In this document: positions 28,572 through 38,332 of the stretch, piece by piece
Position numbering within the stretch: the first letter of the stretch is position 1
Layout of the letters: every line of letters starts with the position of its first letter
IMG/VR virus record: IMGVR_UViG_3300033076_001232
Coordinates: 1-64,000 of that record
Length of the DNA stretch: 64,000 nt
From: a virus
Lineage: Duplodnaviria; Heunggongvirae; Uroviricota; Caudoviricetes
Strand: one strand, 5' to 3'
Notes under the pieces: generated by a model
Told to the model about the DNA's origin: nothing
Databases searched by the model: none
What the model saw: the letters and a program-made list of their open reading frames with translations, nothing else
Position numbers and translations under genes: made by a program

Positions 28572-30251
28572 ATGGCTGGATTTGTTGAAAATAATAATCC
28601 TGGACAAGCTCCAGTTATACAGAGGATTAGAGACTCTGTAAGAAAACTGAGCACGTTTGGAATGAAGTACGATGACATGGTCATCCGTAACTCTCAAGCT
28701 GTCGGTGTAACCGAGGCTTCCTTTCTCAATAAGAATAAATCTAATGTTGAGGATGAAAGCATGTTATGGACCCTGGCCAAACAAGATATCTCATCTAAGC
28801 AGTTCATTGGTTATTTCGATAAAGACTACAAAGGGAAAAGAGACTACCTCAGAAAATTCTCGCTTAATCCAGAAATTGAATGGGTATTAGATACGATATG
28901 CGACGAAGCAATATCTTACGATCCCTCCAATTTCTTTGCTTATCCAGATTTTATAGATCTGAGCGACATTAACGAGAAGCTGAAAAATGATCTATATGAA
29001 TCATATAAGAAGCTATATGATATATGGGGGTTTTCCGATGATATAACTGGATGGCAATATTTCCGACAATTTATAGTTGATGGATTTTTAGCTTTTGAAA
29101 TAATCTATGATGATGCTGGTAAGGAGATTGTTGGATTCAAAGAACTCGATCCAATTTCTCTTGTTCCTAGTGTGGAAAAACAGATAGATGGCAGTTTCAT
29201 TAATACTTGGACACAATATCCACAGGATCCTAAGAAGAAAAGAGTTCTTTATGATCCCCAGATAATCTATATTTCATATGCTAAGGGTAATGCCGTATCT
29301 AGGGTAAGTTATATCGAGAGATTGATAAGACCATATAATATTCTCCGAATTATAGAATACACCAGGGTCATTTGGTCAGTAATGAATGCTTCTTTCAAAT
29401 TAAAGATGACCGTTCCTATAGGAAGCAAATCCCCGCAGAAGGGTATGCAAACACTTGGTGAATTAATGAGTATCTATAAAGAGGATATTCAATTAAATGA
29501 CGAAAGTGGTGAATTAAGTATAGATGGAAGACCTAAAATACAATTCTATAAGAACTATCTAATGCCATCAGGTGTTAATGGTACTCCTACTATCGAACCG
29601 ATAACTACTGATGGACCCAATCTGAATGACCCCGCACCTTTAGCTTATTTCTTTGATAAATTTATTCTAGAATCTAAGGTCCCTCCTTCCAGGTTTCATA
29701 ATCCAGACGGTGGTACAACATCACCTTATTCTAATGGAGCTGAGGGATTGGATAAAGAGGAGATTAGATTTGCTAAATTCATTTCTAGATTAAGATCTAT
29801 ATTCCAGGAGATTCTTACAAAACCTCTTTGGATACAAATGGTTAAGAAGTATCCTAAGTTAGAGGACGATTTTATGTTCAAGAGTCAGCTTGGACTTGAT
29901 TATTTTTCGGATAATCCATTTAAGCTGAATCAGGAAATGGATATCATTAATAAAAGGAAAGAGGCAGTAACGGCTATGGGCGGTTTAGTTGGTGACGAGG
30001 ATAAACCTTATTTCTCCAACGCATTCCTTATAGAAACATATTTGGGATTATCTAAGCAAGATATAGACGCAAATAAAGAGGCTTTAGAAAGAAAAGCTAA
30101 GGAGAAAAAAGAAAAAGAAGGAGAAGCTGGTGGAGAAGCTGGTGGAGAAGGTGGAGGAGAAACTGAGACCGAAACTACAGAAGCTCCTGCGGCGGAGGAA
30201 ACCCCTCCGGCAGAGGAAAGTGGAACTGAAGAAACCCCGGCGGAAGCATAA
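28572..30251 (+). CDS. Portal protein, copy 1 (gp20-like)
   Basis: PEIEWVLDTICDEAI, FRQFIVDG, SYIERLIRPYNILR, KVPPSR, EEIRFAKFISRLRSIF; GATATATA at 28517. Confidence 0.9.
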   Translation: MAGFVENNNPGQAPVIQRIRDSVRKLSTFGMKYDDMVIRNSQAVGVTEASFLNKNKSNVEDESMLWTLAKQDISSKQFIGYFDKDYKGKRDYLRKFSLNPEIEWVLDTICDEAISYDPSNFFAYPDFIDLSDINEKLKNDLYESYKKLYDIWGFSDDITGWQYFRQFIVDGFLAFEIIYDDAGKEIVGFKELDPISLVPSVEKQIDGSFINTWTQYPQDPKKKRVLYDPQIIYISYAKGNAVSRVSYIERLIRPYNILRIIEYTRVIWSVMNASFKLKMTVPIGSKSPQKGMQTLGELMSIYKEDIQLNDESGELSIDGRPKIQFYKNYLMPSGVNGTPTIEPITTDGPNLNDPAPLAYFFDKFILESKVPPSRFHNPDGGTTSPYSNGAEGLDKEEIRFAKFISRLRSIFQEILTKPLWIQMVKKYPKLEDDFMFKSQLGLDYFSDNPFKLNQEMDIINKRKEAVTAMGGLVGDEDKPYFSNAFLIETYLGLSKQDIDANKEALERKAKEKKEKEGEAGGEAGGEGGGETETETTEAPAAEETPPAEESGTEETPAEA

Positions 30252-30272
30252 GGGAATAAATATTTACATCTA

Positions 30273-31880
30273 ATGGCAGGATTTTTAGATTTTTTAAAAC
30301 CAAATCAATCAGCTTTAGGTAATATCCTGAAGAATCTTTCAGATATCTCTAAATTTGGAATGAGATATGATGATATGGTTGTGAGAAATTCACAAGCCAT
30401 AGGTAAAACAGAGGGATATTTCTTTAATCAAGAAAGTACTGGATTTACACAGAATGATGCTTTCCAATGGACAGCTTCATATCAAGATACGAAAGTAAGA
30501 AAATACATTGCGTATTTTGATAAAGATTACATCGAGAAAAGAAACTATCTTAGAAAATTTTCTCTAAATGGAGAGATTGAATTTATACTTGATACTATCA
30601 CGGACGAATCTATAGTTTATGATGATAGAAATTATTTTGCACAGCCATCTTTTGTAAATTTAGATCTTAAGGATAAGATAAAAGACAAATTAGCTTCACA
30701 TTACAATAGAATATACAACGTATTTGGATTCCAGAATACAATTTTAGCTTGGCAATATTTCAAGCAGTTTCTTATAGATGGATTTTTATCTTTTGAGATT
30801 ATCTACGATAATAAGGGAAGAGAGATAATAGGATTTAAAGAATTAGATCCAACTTCTCTGCAACCGGTAGTTGAAAAAGTCGGTGAGGGTGAATATAGAC
30901 AGTTTTGGATACAGTACCCAAAGAATCCTCAGATGACAAGAAAGCTAACTAACGAGCAGGTCATTTATATTTCATATGCTAAGGGTAATACCATATCTAG
31001 AGTAAGTTACATAGAGAGATTGGTTAGATCGTATAATATCCTGAGAATAATGGAAAACTCCAGGGTTATATGGAATGTTATGAATGCTTCATATCGCCTT
31101 AAGTTCATTATACCTATTGGTAGTCAGTCTCCTCAAAAAGCTATGCAGACTTTAGGACAGCTTATGTCAAATTACAAGGAGGATATCTCTATAAACGATG
31201 CCTCTGGTGAATTAACAATTAACGGAAAACCTAAAGTTCAGTTTTATAAAAACTATTTGTTTCCCGAAAAGGACGGGCAGAGTCCGCAGATAGAATCTCT
31301 GAATCCTAGCGGTCCGGACTTTAATGTTATGGAAAACGTTGTTTATTTCTTCAATAAGCTTAAAATGGATTCCAAAATACCATACGCTAGATTTGCTTCG
31401 AAAAATACTACTCCTGGAAATTATCAAACCAGTATAGATCAGCTTGAGAGGGACGAAATTAGATTCGAGAAATTCCTACGCAGATTAAGATCAATTTTTC
31501 AAGAAATTTTGGTTAAGCCGTTGTATATTCAGATGTGTCTAGATTACCCGGAACTATCTAGAGATAAGGGATTTAAATCAAACGTAGGTTTAAATTACAA
31601 TCGAGATAGCGAGTTCGAGGAAATGGTTGAACTTACTGGTTTTACTAAAAGAACCGAATTTATTAATGGATTGAAGGAATTGAAAGTTAAAATAGGGGAA
31701 GAAGAAAAAGGTTACTTCGATCCTGACTTCCTTATTCAGAGGTTCCTTGGTATGAATCCAGATCAGATAAAAATGAACGAGAAGTACAAGGAGAAAGAAG
31801 CTAAGGAAGCTGAAAAAGCCAAAGAGGAAGGCGGAGGTGAAGCAGAAGCAGAAGGCGGAGGTCAGACTGTAACCTTGTAA
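30273..31880 (+). CDS. Portal protein, copy 2 (gp20-like paralog)
   Basis: Same motifs (EIEFILDTITDESI, FKQFLIDG, RDEIRFEKFLRRLRSIF); AATAAATA at 30255. Confidence 0.9.
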   Translation: MAGFLDFLKPNQSALGNILKNLSDISKFGMRYDDMVVRNSQAIGKTEGYFFNQESTGFTQNDAFQWTASYQDTKVRKYIAYFDKDYIEKRNYLRKFSLNGEIEFILDTITDESIVYDDRNYFAQPSFVNLDLKDKIKDKLASHYNRIYNVFGFQNTILAWQYFKQFLIDGFLSFEIIYDNKGREIIGFKELDPTSLQPVVEKVGEGEYRQFWIQYPKNPQMTRKLTNEQVIYISYAKGNTISRVSYIERLVRSYNILRIMENSRVIWNVMNASYRLKFIIPIGSQSPQKAMQTLGQLMSNYKEDISINDASGELTINGKPKVQFYKNYLFPEKDGQSPQIESLNPSGPDFNVMENVVYFFNKLKMDSKIPYARFASKNTTPGNYQTSIDQLERDEIRFEKFLRRLRSIFQEILVKPLYIQMCLDYPELSRDKGFKSNVGLNYNRDSEFEEMVELTGFTKRTEFINGLKELKVKIGEEEKGYFDPDFLIQRFLGMNPDQIKMNEKYKEKEAKEAEKAKEEGGGEAEAEGGGQTVTL

Positions 31881-31912
31881 TTTTTTATTCCCGGGAGTTT
31901 TTGGTATTTTTA
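31879..31912 (+). promoter_or_regulatory. Class I promoter variant (AATTTTTT ... TATTTTTA)
   Basis: Same 26-nt offset as the other class I sites, with one mismatch to TAnnTTTG. Confidence 0.5.
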
Positions 31913-31925
31913 GGAAAAAATATCG

Positions 31926-33257
31926 ATGAGAAAAGAACTCCAATTATTCAAAGACCTCGAATCCTTAACAGGAGAGGGATCACAAAAAGCCAAGCAAAAG
32001 ATAATATCGGAAAATCAGGACGACCGATTTTTGTATCTTCTGGACGTATGTTTCAATCCGTTTGTAACAACGAAGCTCCATAAGATATCTTTTAATGAGA
32101 CTTTATCCGAAATGAATCCTAACATATGGCAGGAATTCAATGGTCTCGTAGAGGAGCTAAAAACAGCCCCAGCGGCAAACGATTCACTCAGGAGAAGAGC
32201 TCAAGACTTAGTTTCCTATAGAATATCAGATGATGATTCGGAGGATCTCCAATTAAGGGAAATTTTAATGAAGATCATCACCAAAAGGATGAATATCGGG
32301 ATTGGAGCTAAACTAATCAATAAAGCTGTTGGTAGGGAATTAATACCAGATCCTTCTTTAATGCTTGCTACTGACGATCATTCTACTATTGAAAAATGGG
32401 AAACCATATACTGTGAAGAAAAATATGATGGTGTTAGAGTTATTGCACTATGGAAAGAAAATAAGTTTTCCTATTTCACTAGAGCTTTCAATGAATTGGA
32501 CTCGTCATGCTTTCCAAGAACATCTGAATATTTAAAATTAGCGATAGAAAAATCAGGTATTTCCGGTGAAATTTTCTTTGATGGTGAATTAACGGATCTG
32601 AACAGGAAATCAGTAAGTGGAAAGGTAACACAAATACTGAAAGGAAAGGTTGATTCCAGTATAGAGAATGGTATGATATTTAATGTTTTCGATTTAGAAG
32701 ATGCTACAACTTTAATCACAGGTAAGGGAAAAATTAAATACAAGGATAGAAGGAATTTACTTGAAAAAGTATTGGGACATCTACCTGACGAATCGAATGT
32801 TACCCTGGCCCAAATGTGGGAGATAGGGTCTTCCTCCGATATAACTCCAATCTACAAAAAAATAGTAGATCAGGGAGGCGAAGGAGTGATTTGCAAGGAT
32901 AACGAAGTTTATGAATGCAAGAGATCTAAATCTTGGGTAAAATTCAAAGAAGTTAATGATTGCGATCTTTTAGTTACTGGATGGTATCCAGGAGAGGGAA
33001 AAAGAGAGGGGTTAATAGGTGGATTTATTCTGACTGATCTTTCTTCTACCCTTAATGTTAGAGTTGGAGCTGGATTCACTGATCTGGACTTGAAAACTCT
33101 CAGTGAAGATCCAGATTCCCATATAGGAAAGGTCGTTGCGGTTCAATATAACGTGGTGATTACGGATAAACACGGGAATCGATCTTTATTTCTCCCAAGG
33201 TTCATCGAGGTACGTAATGACAAAAGTACTCCCGATGATCTTTCCTCATTATTTTAG
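31926..33257 (+). CDS. lig: ATP-dependent DNA ligase
   Basis: EEKYDGVR (KxDG), FDGEL, EGVICK, WVKFK, VGAGF, LFLPRF. Confidence 0.95.
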   Translation: MRKELQLFKDLESLTGEGSQKAKQKIISENQDDRFLYLLDVCFNPFVTTKLHKISFNETLSEMNPNIWQEFNGLVEELKTAPAANDSLRRRAQDLVSYRISDDDSEDLQLREILMKIITKRMNIGIGAKLINKAVGRELIPDPSLMLATDDHSTIEKWETIYCEEKYDGVRVIALWKENKFSYFTRAFNELDSSCFPRTSEYLKLAIEKSGISGEIFFDGELTDLNRKSVSGKVTQILKGKVDSSIENGMIFNVFDLEDATTLITGKGKIKYKDRRNLLEKVLGHLPDESNVTLAQMWEIGSSSDITPIYKKIVDQGGEGVICKDNEVYECKRSKSWVKFKEVNDCDLLVTGWYPGEGKREGLIGGFILTDLSSTLNVRVGAGFTDLDLKTLSEDPDSHIGKVVAVQYNVVITDKHGNRSLFLPRFIEVRNDKSTPDDLSSLF

Positions 33258-33284
33258 AAACACTTTATAAGCATCACAGTAAAA
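33257..33284 (+). promoter_or_regulatory. Class II promoter GAAAC-N18-TAAAA
   Basis: Upstream of the clamp-loader operon. Confidence 0.6.
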
Positions 33285-33290
33285 AAAAAT

Positions 33291-34235
33291 ATGATACAAG
33301 AATTATTGACAGAAAAGCTTAGACCGAGGGAGTTAAGACACATGATTTTACCCCCTAGGATCTATAACATCTTCGAAAACGGTTTAGGACACAATGTTTT
33401 ATTAAGCGGATCCCCTGGATGCGGTAAAACCACACTTGCTAAAATCTTAGCTGCTCCATTTCCGCATTTATTCATCAACGTTTCGGACGAGAGCTCAGTA
33501 GAAACAATTAGAGTTAAAATAAATGATTTCTGCTCCACTGTTTCTATCATGGACGGTAAGTCGTCTAAGAAAGTTGTTATACTGGACGAGTTTGATGGTG
33601 CATCAGATCAGTTTTACAAGGCTTTAAGAGGAACAATAGAAAAGTTTGCAGGAAATGCTAGATTTATAGCCACTTGTAACTACATAAATAAAGTTCCTGA
33701 TGCTATCCAAAGTAGATTTGAAGTTATAGATTTTAATCCAGTATCTAGTCAGGAGGAGGAGGATCTTAAATCAGAATGGAACAAGAGAATACGATTGATT
33801 CTAAAAAAAACTGGGATAGAAATAGACGACAACTCACTTAACCATTTCCAGAAAAACTACTATCCTGATTTTAGATCTGCCCTGAATAGAATACAGACAT
33901 GGATGATAGAAGGGGTTAAAGTTGTAGATAACAATAAGATAAATGAGTTTGGATGGTCTTATGAGGATATTTATAATCTAATTGTTACCTCCAAAGATCC
34001 GATTAAAAATTATCAGAATATCTCCAGTGAATACCAAGGTAAGGTTGATGACGTGATGTCTGCTTTAGGTACCGAGTTCATTGATTGGATTATAAAAAAT
34101 AAACCGGATCTTTCCAACATTATACCTGCTGTGATTGTTATGGTAGCTGACCATCAATCTCAGAGAACCCAGGTAATCGATCCGATGGTTTCTTTGCTTT
34201 CTTTGGTATTCAGTATACAAAAACTAATACCTTAG
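33291..34235 (+). CDS. Clamp loader large subunit (T4 gp44 / RFC-like AAA+)
   Basis: EKLRP, GSPGCGKTT, ILDEFD, FIATCN, IQSRF, YPDFR. Confidence 0.93.
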   Translation: MIQELLTEKLRPRELRHMILPPRIYNIFENGLGHNVLLSGSPGCGKTTLAKILAAPFPHLFINVSDESSVETIRVKINDFCSTVSIMDGKSSKKVVILDEFDGASDQFYKALRGTIEKFAGNARFIATCNYINKVPDAIQSRFEVIDFNPVSSQEEEDLKSEWNKRIRLILKKTGIEIDDNSLNHFQKNYYPDFRSALNRIQTWMIEGVKVVDNNKINEFGWSYEDIYNLIVTSKDPIKNYQNISSEYQGKVDDVMSALGTEFIDWIIKNKPDLSNIIPAVIVMVADHQSQRTQVIDPMVSLLSLVFSIQKLIP

Positions 34236-34241
34236 CGAGAA

Positions 34242-34757
34242 ATGAGCTGCAAAAGAATCATAATAGTCGGAAAAGGTGGATCCGGGAAGGATCATCTGAG
34301 AAAAGAAATGGTCTCTAACGGATACCGTTATTGTGTTTCCCATACATCCAGACCAATTCGACAAGGTGAAATTGAGGGAGAGGATTATTATTTTGTTGAT
34401 GAAGCATATTTCCAGCCCGACGATTTTTATGAAATGGTAACATTTAACGGATGGTTTTACGGAACATCATTAAAGGAGTTTAAATCCTCTGATTTGTTTA
34501 TCATGACACCCTCGGGGTTATCAAAAATGTTACCTCAAGACAGGGAACAATCCTATGTTATTTACATAGATATAGATGAGGATACGAGGAGGGAAAGACT
34601 ATCTCATAGAAGAGATGCAGATGATGTTGAGAGAAGGCTAAAGGCAGACGAATCCGATTTTCAAAATTTTTACGATTTTGATCATAAAATAACCGATCCC
34701 AATTTTAGGTTTGAAGCAGAGTGGATAGATTTAGAAAAAATAAAGATAAATGGTTAA
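34242..34757 (+). CDS. gmk: Guanylate kinase-like protein
   Basis: GKGGSGKD P-loop and VSHTSRPIRQGEIEGEDYYFV. Confidence 0.85.
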   Translation: MSCKRIIIVGKGGSGKDHLRKEMVSNGYRYCVSHTSRPIRQGEIEGEDYYFVDEAYFQPDDFYEMVTFNGWFYGTSLKEFKSSDLFIMTPSGLSKMLPQDREQSYVIYIDIDEDTRRERLSHRRDADDVERRLKADESDFQNFYDFDHKITDPNFRFEAEWIDLEKIKING

Positions 34758-35886
34758 TATACTAATAGACGGGAATTACATCTTCCATAAAACTTTTGGA
34801 GTTTTTGGAGGGTATGGAAACGTGGATCCGGGTAAAATACTTAAAGATAAAAAAGAACAGGCAGCTTTCGTTAGAAAAATTTCTACTGATTTATGTGCCT
34901 CTCTTAAAATGATTCCACAAGGGGGTAGAATGATATTCACCTCCGATAGCAGAAGCTGGAGAAAAGATGTGGAGATTGAGGATGGAGGTTATAAATCAGG
35001 AAGAGTAAAAGACGAGAATGTTGATTGGTCCATATTTTTTGACCTTATGAAATCCTTTGGTGATCATTTAGAAAAAATGGGATTTGTTTTTTCTAAAGTT
35101 GAGGGTGCAGAGGGTGATGATCTCTTAATGTTCTGGTCTGAGTATTTCAATTCAAAAGGTGAGAATTGTTTAATTATAACTGGAGATAAGGATTTACATC
35201 AATTAGCCAGAATTTCTTCTGATTCTTGGACAATTATCTGGAACAATAACCAGAAAAAGAATACTCTATTTGTTCCCGATGGATGGCAAGAACTTTGGCT
35301 AGATAAGGAGGAATCAATTAGCATATTCAATATGGCTTCTGCAATATCGCCAGAGAAGGAAAGATTTAAAACTTTTCTCAAAAAAGCAACAATAGAGGAG
35401 GTCGAGAGTAGGTCCTTTGTTTTTACTAAAATATTGACCGGAGACAAAGGTGACTCTGTTCCCAGTGTATGGGAGCAAATGTCTGGCTCACGGAATATGG
35501 GATTTACCCAAAAGAAGGCTGATTTAGTTTTTGATTCTTTTTCTTCTTCCGAATGGTCAGATATAGAATTTCATCAAATGGTAGAGAATTCAGAATTTCT
35601 GAATTGGTTGAGCGGGATGGTATTAAGAACTGCTAAAGCTGTAGATAGCACGGAAAATAGAAATACAGTAAAGGGAAACATCATAAGAAACTTTAAGCTC
35701 TTATGGTTAGATCCTTTTATTATACCTGAATTTGTTAAGAATTCTTGTGGTGAGGAGATCGAAAGAGGAATTACGTTAGAGAAAAAATCAGTAACTCTGG
35801 ATAGAATAAAAATACTAGAGGGGACAGAGTGGGTTACACCAAATTACCAACCTAAAGGATTCGATCCCTTTGAAAATCTAATTTGA
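34750..35886 (+). CDS. 5'-3' exonuclease / T4 RNase H-like flap nuclease
   Basis: LIDGN, SWRK, YKSGR, EGDD, TGDKDLHQL, LTGDKGDSVP. Confidence 0.88.
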   Translation: MVNILIDGNYIFHKTFGVFGGYGNVDPGKILKDKKEQAAFVRKISTDLCASLKMIPQGGRMIFTSDSRSWRKDVEIEDGGYKSGRVKDENVDWSIFFDLMKSFGDHLEKMGFVFSKVEGAEGDDLLMFWSEYFNSKGENCLIITGDKDLHQLARISSDSWTIIWNNNQKKNTLFVPDGWQELWLDKEESISIFNMASAISPEKERFKTFLKKATIEEVESRSFVFTKILTGDKGDSVPSVWEQMSGSRNMGFTQKKADLVFDSFSSSEWSDIEFHQMVENSEFLNWLSGMVLRTAKAVDSTENRNTVKGNIIRNFKLLWLDPFIIPEFVKNSCGEEIERGITLEKKSVTLDRIKILEGTEWVTPNYQPKGFDPFENLI

Positions 35887-36329
35887 TTATGGAATTATTT
35901 GATATAGTCAAAAATATATTCTCTCAGGATTCTAAAAAATGGTCTAATGTTTCTAGAAATGATAAGTCTAGAAACTTTTTTATGGTAAATCGGATAATGG
36001 CAATCCAATTTCCAGCTATTGCTAATCAGTTCAATAAGCTGAAGATAAATCCGGAAGCTACGGTTGATTGGTGGAGAAATAATCTTTCCTCGAGATATTC
36101 CAAGCCTCCACAATGGATATACACGAAGGCGATCAAAAAAGGAGAAAAGGCTAAAAAGTCATCCTCTGCGTCTTGGGCAGAGGCTGAAATTTTTGTGAGA
36201 GATAGATATAATGTATCTAAAAGAGAACTTTCTGATTTGAAAAGATTTTATCCAGAAAAATATGACAATTGGATGAAGGGAATATCAGATCAGATGGGAA
36301 TAAAAAATAATTCTCGAAATGAAGAATAA
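35883..36329 (+). CDS. Putative clamp loader small subunit (gp62-like)
   Basis: LFDIVKNI...FMVNRIMA...W...RYNVSKRE pattern; near gp44. Confidence 0.55.
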   Translation: MIMELFDIVKNIFSQDSKKWSNVSRNDKSRNFFMVNRIMAIQFPAIANQFNKLKINPEATVDWWRNNLSSRYSKPPQWIYTKAIKKGEKAKKSSSASWAEAEIFVRDRYNVSKRELSDLKRFYPEKYDNWMKGISDQMGIKNNSRNEE

Positions 36330-36891
36330 ACATTCTAAAATCATAGATAAAGTTATTTCAAGCTTGGATTGGGACGTTATCTTTGAGGTTAATAAGTGCT
36401 TCAAACATGGTGTTGGCGAGGGTACCTCTGCAATACCTGGAGTAAAAAGAAAACCATTTGCCGACGGCATAACCAAAAATGACATCAAAAATGAGCTAAG
36501 GTCTCTTCTGAAGTATGTTGTAGAGAATGACTATTCTGAACTTATTTACGGTTACTGGATGATTTTTTGGAATAATTCAGATTGGGCCGAAGAGGAACTT
36601 AAGAAAATTAAGGATGAAATGGACGACGAGGACGAAGAGATAGATCTTGGTGAAATATCCATCGATAATAGTCTGGAAGTTATTTATTCTCCTCAAAGAA
36701 CATTTATAGTGGAAGCAAGAAAAGCTGATGGATCACCTGAGGGTGAGGATAAGGACGTAGCTAGTTTAGAATCTATGTTAAAAAAAGCATTAGAATCTGA
36801 GCAGTATGAGTTGGCTTCAAAAATCAGAGATGTAATTAAGATACAGAAAAACCAGACTGATTCGGATACATACTCAGATGAAGTACATTAA
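36319..36891 (+). CDS. Hypothetical protein with C-terminal UVR (UvrB/UvrC) motif
   Basis: LESMLKKALESEQYELASKIRDVI. Confidence 0.7.
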   Translation: MKNKHSKIIDKVISSLDWDVIFEVNKCFKHGVGEGTSAIPGVKRKPFADGITKNDIKNELRSLLKYVVENDYSELIYGYWMIFWNNSDWAEEELKKIKDEMDDEDEEIDLGEISIDNSLEVIYSPQRTFIVEARKADGSPEGEDKDVASLESMLKKALESEQYELASKIRDVIKIQKNQTDSDTYSDEVH

Positions 36892-37360
36892 ATCTATAAA
36901 CGAGTATTTTGACGCTGGTGCTTTCGGTGACACTTACGGATATGGCGGAGCTAATGGGGTTCTTAAAATAAACTATAAACCATTTAACGACCTTTCAGTT
37001 TCAGTTGGACCTGACCCTAACGTAGAAAGAACGGTCAAGGGATCTGAATTTCAATTAGGAGATGTTGTTATAGCCCAACCTTTGGATTCTAAGGATAAGG
37101 TAATAGGTGTTATCGTAAGATCATTTAGAAATCCTGACAATCAAGAATATAGATATTTTATTCAGGTCTACAATAGAGGAAAGAAAACCGAAAGAGTGAT
37201 AGAGGTTAAATCTGATTCTATAAAGTTCGCAGAAGGTGGGGATCACGGTAATATGGAGACCAAATCCAATTACAAAAACAACGATATACCTAGTTCTGCG
37301 TTTAACTCCAAAACCGTATACAATTCAAGCGAACTTGGGTTGGAAACAACGGGAGGATAG
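36878..37360 (+). CDS. Hypothetical late protein with CTS-like N-terminus and SH3-like core
   Basis: MKYIKSINEYF; FQLGDVV..VIGVIV..YFIQV; GATACATA at 36865. Confidence 0.7.
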   Translation: MKYIKSINEYFDAGAFGDTYGYGGANGVLKINYKPFNDLSVSVGPDPNVERTVKGSEFQLGDVVIAQPLDSKDKVIGVIVRSFRNPDNQEYRYFIQVYNRGKKTERVIEVKSDSIKFAEGGDHGNMETKSNYKNNDIPSSAFNSKTVYNSSELGLETTGG

Positions 37361-37396
37361 AAACTTAAACTCTTATTTTGGGTACAATAGATAAAA

Positions 37397-38296
37397 ATGG
37401 TATCCGCTAATAATCCATTGATTACCTATCTCGGAATACCCAAAACATGGGCAAGTTCGGGATTTAGAATCTCAACATATAAAGATCTACTGAATTTAGT
37501 TTTAGATCTATGTAAATTCAATTCATCGATACAATGCAGGTCAGTTTGTATAGACACTGGGGAGATCGATTTCGATAAAGCTCTTTTTAATTCTGTTATA
37601 GATGAAACAGACCCTGAAACTTCAGCTATTCTTCTCGAAATACAGGAAATAATGCACCGTGAAAAAATTAGGGTTTATTTTTTAGTTACCAAGGATTATT
37701 TTCTAGGCAGCCAAATAGATGATATATTTCTTTCTAGTGTTAATTTTTTAAATTTCATGGGATGCTTCTTAGATTCTATAGGAGTCAGCTATCCTTCTAT
37801 CATAGTAAGAATTGGATCTGCATATGGTAACAGAAAGGAGACAATGAGAACATTTTGTAAGAGAGTAAATGATCTGTGTGAATCTGCATCTACTAAGTTA
37901 TGTGTGATGAATGACGATAAACCTAGTCTTTTTTCGATAACTGATCTTCTATCCGGGGTTTACTATGATTCGGGTCTTCCTTTGTGCTTCAGAACACTCG
38001 CACATCATTTTAATCATGGTGGTTTAACTATAAGGGAAGCTTTGTATCTGGCTTCTACGACTTGGAAAAATGGAGAGGTTCCTCTAATTATACATTCGGA
38101 ATCAAAAGACATTAATGAAGCGGGGGTCTTTCTTACCCCCTCCATATCTTCCGGATTAACAATGAGGATCCCTACTTTTGGTCTTCAGTGCGAGGTTGTT
38201 ATAGATTCTACTGATCGGGAGCTTACGTATCTTAGCTATCTTAAAAACTATAAGTCTCTTCCACCAATAATAATCAACAGAGTATCCGGTAAGTAA
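37397..38296 (+). CDS. UV-damage endonuclease (UvsE/UVDE)-like protein with a degenerate active site
   Basis: IGSAYGNRKETMRTF, VMNDDKPSLFSITDLL, HHFNHGG, STTW, HSES; class II promoter at 37360. Confidence 0.7.
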   Translation: MVSANNPLITYLGIPKTWASSGFRISTYKDLLNLVLDLCKFNSSIQCRSVCIDTGEIDFDKALFNSVIDETDPETSAILLEIQEIMHREKIRVYFLVTKDYFLGSQIDDIFLSSVNFLNFMGCFLDSIGVSYPSIIVRIGSAYGNRKETMRTFCKRVNDLCESASTKLCVMNDDKPSLFSITDLLSGVYYDSGLPLCFRTLAHHFNHGGLTIREALYLASTTWKNGEVPLIIHSESKDINEAGVFLTPSISSGLTMRIPTFGLQCEVVIDSTDRELTYLSYLKNYKSLPPIIINRVSGK

Positions 38297-38328
38297 TTTT
38301 TTTATCCTGTGTTTTTATATTATCTTTG
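38295..38328 (+). promoter_or_regulatory. Class I promoter (AATTTTTT ... TATCTTTG)
   Basis: Bacteroidota -7 element ending 5 nt before the ATG at 38333. Confidence 0.65.
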
Positions 38329-38332
38329 AATT

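Noticed and set aside
28572-31880. Portal pair as an assembly artefact
   Set aside because: The copies differ extensively in DNA and protein while both remain open.
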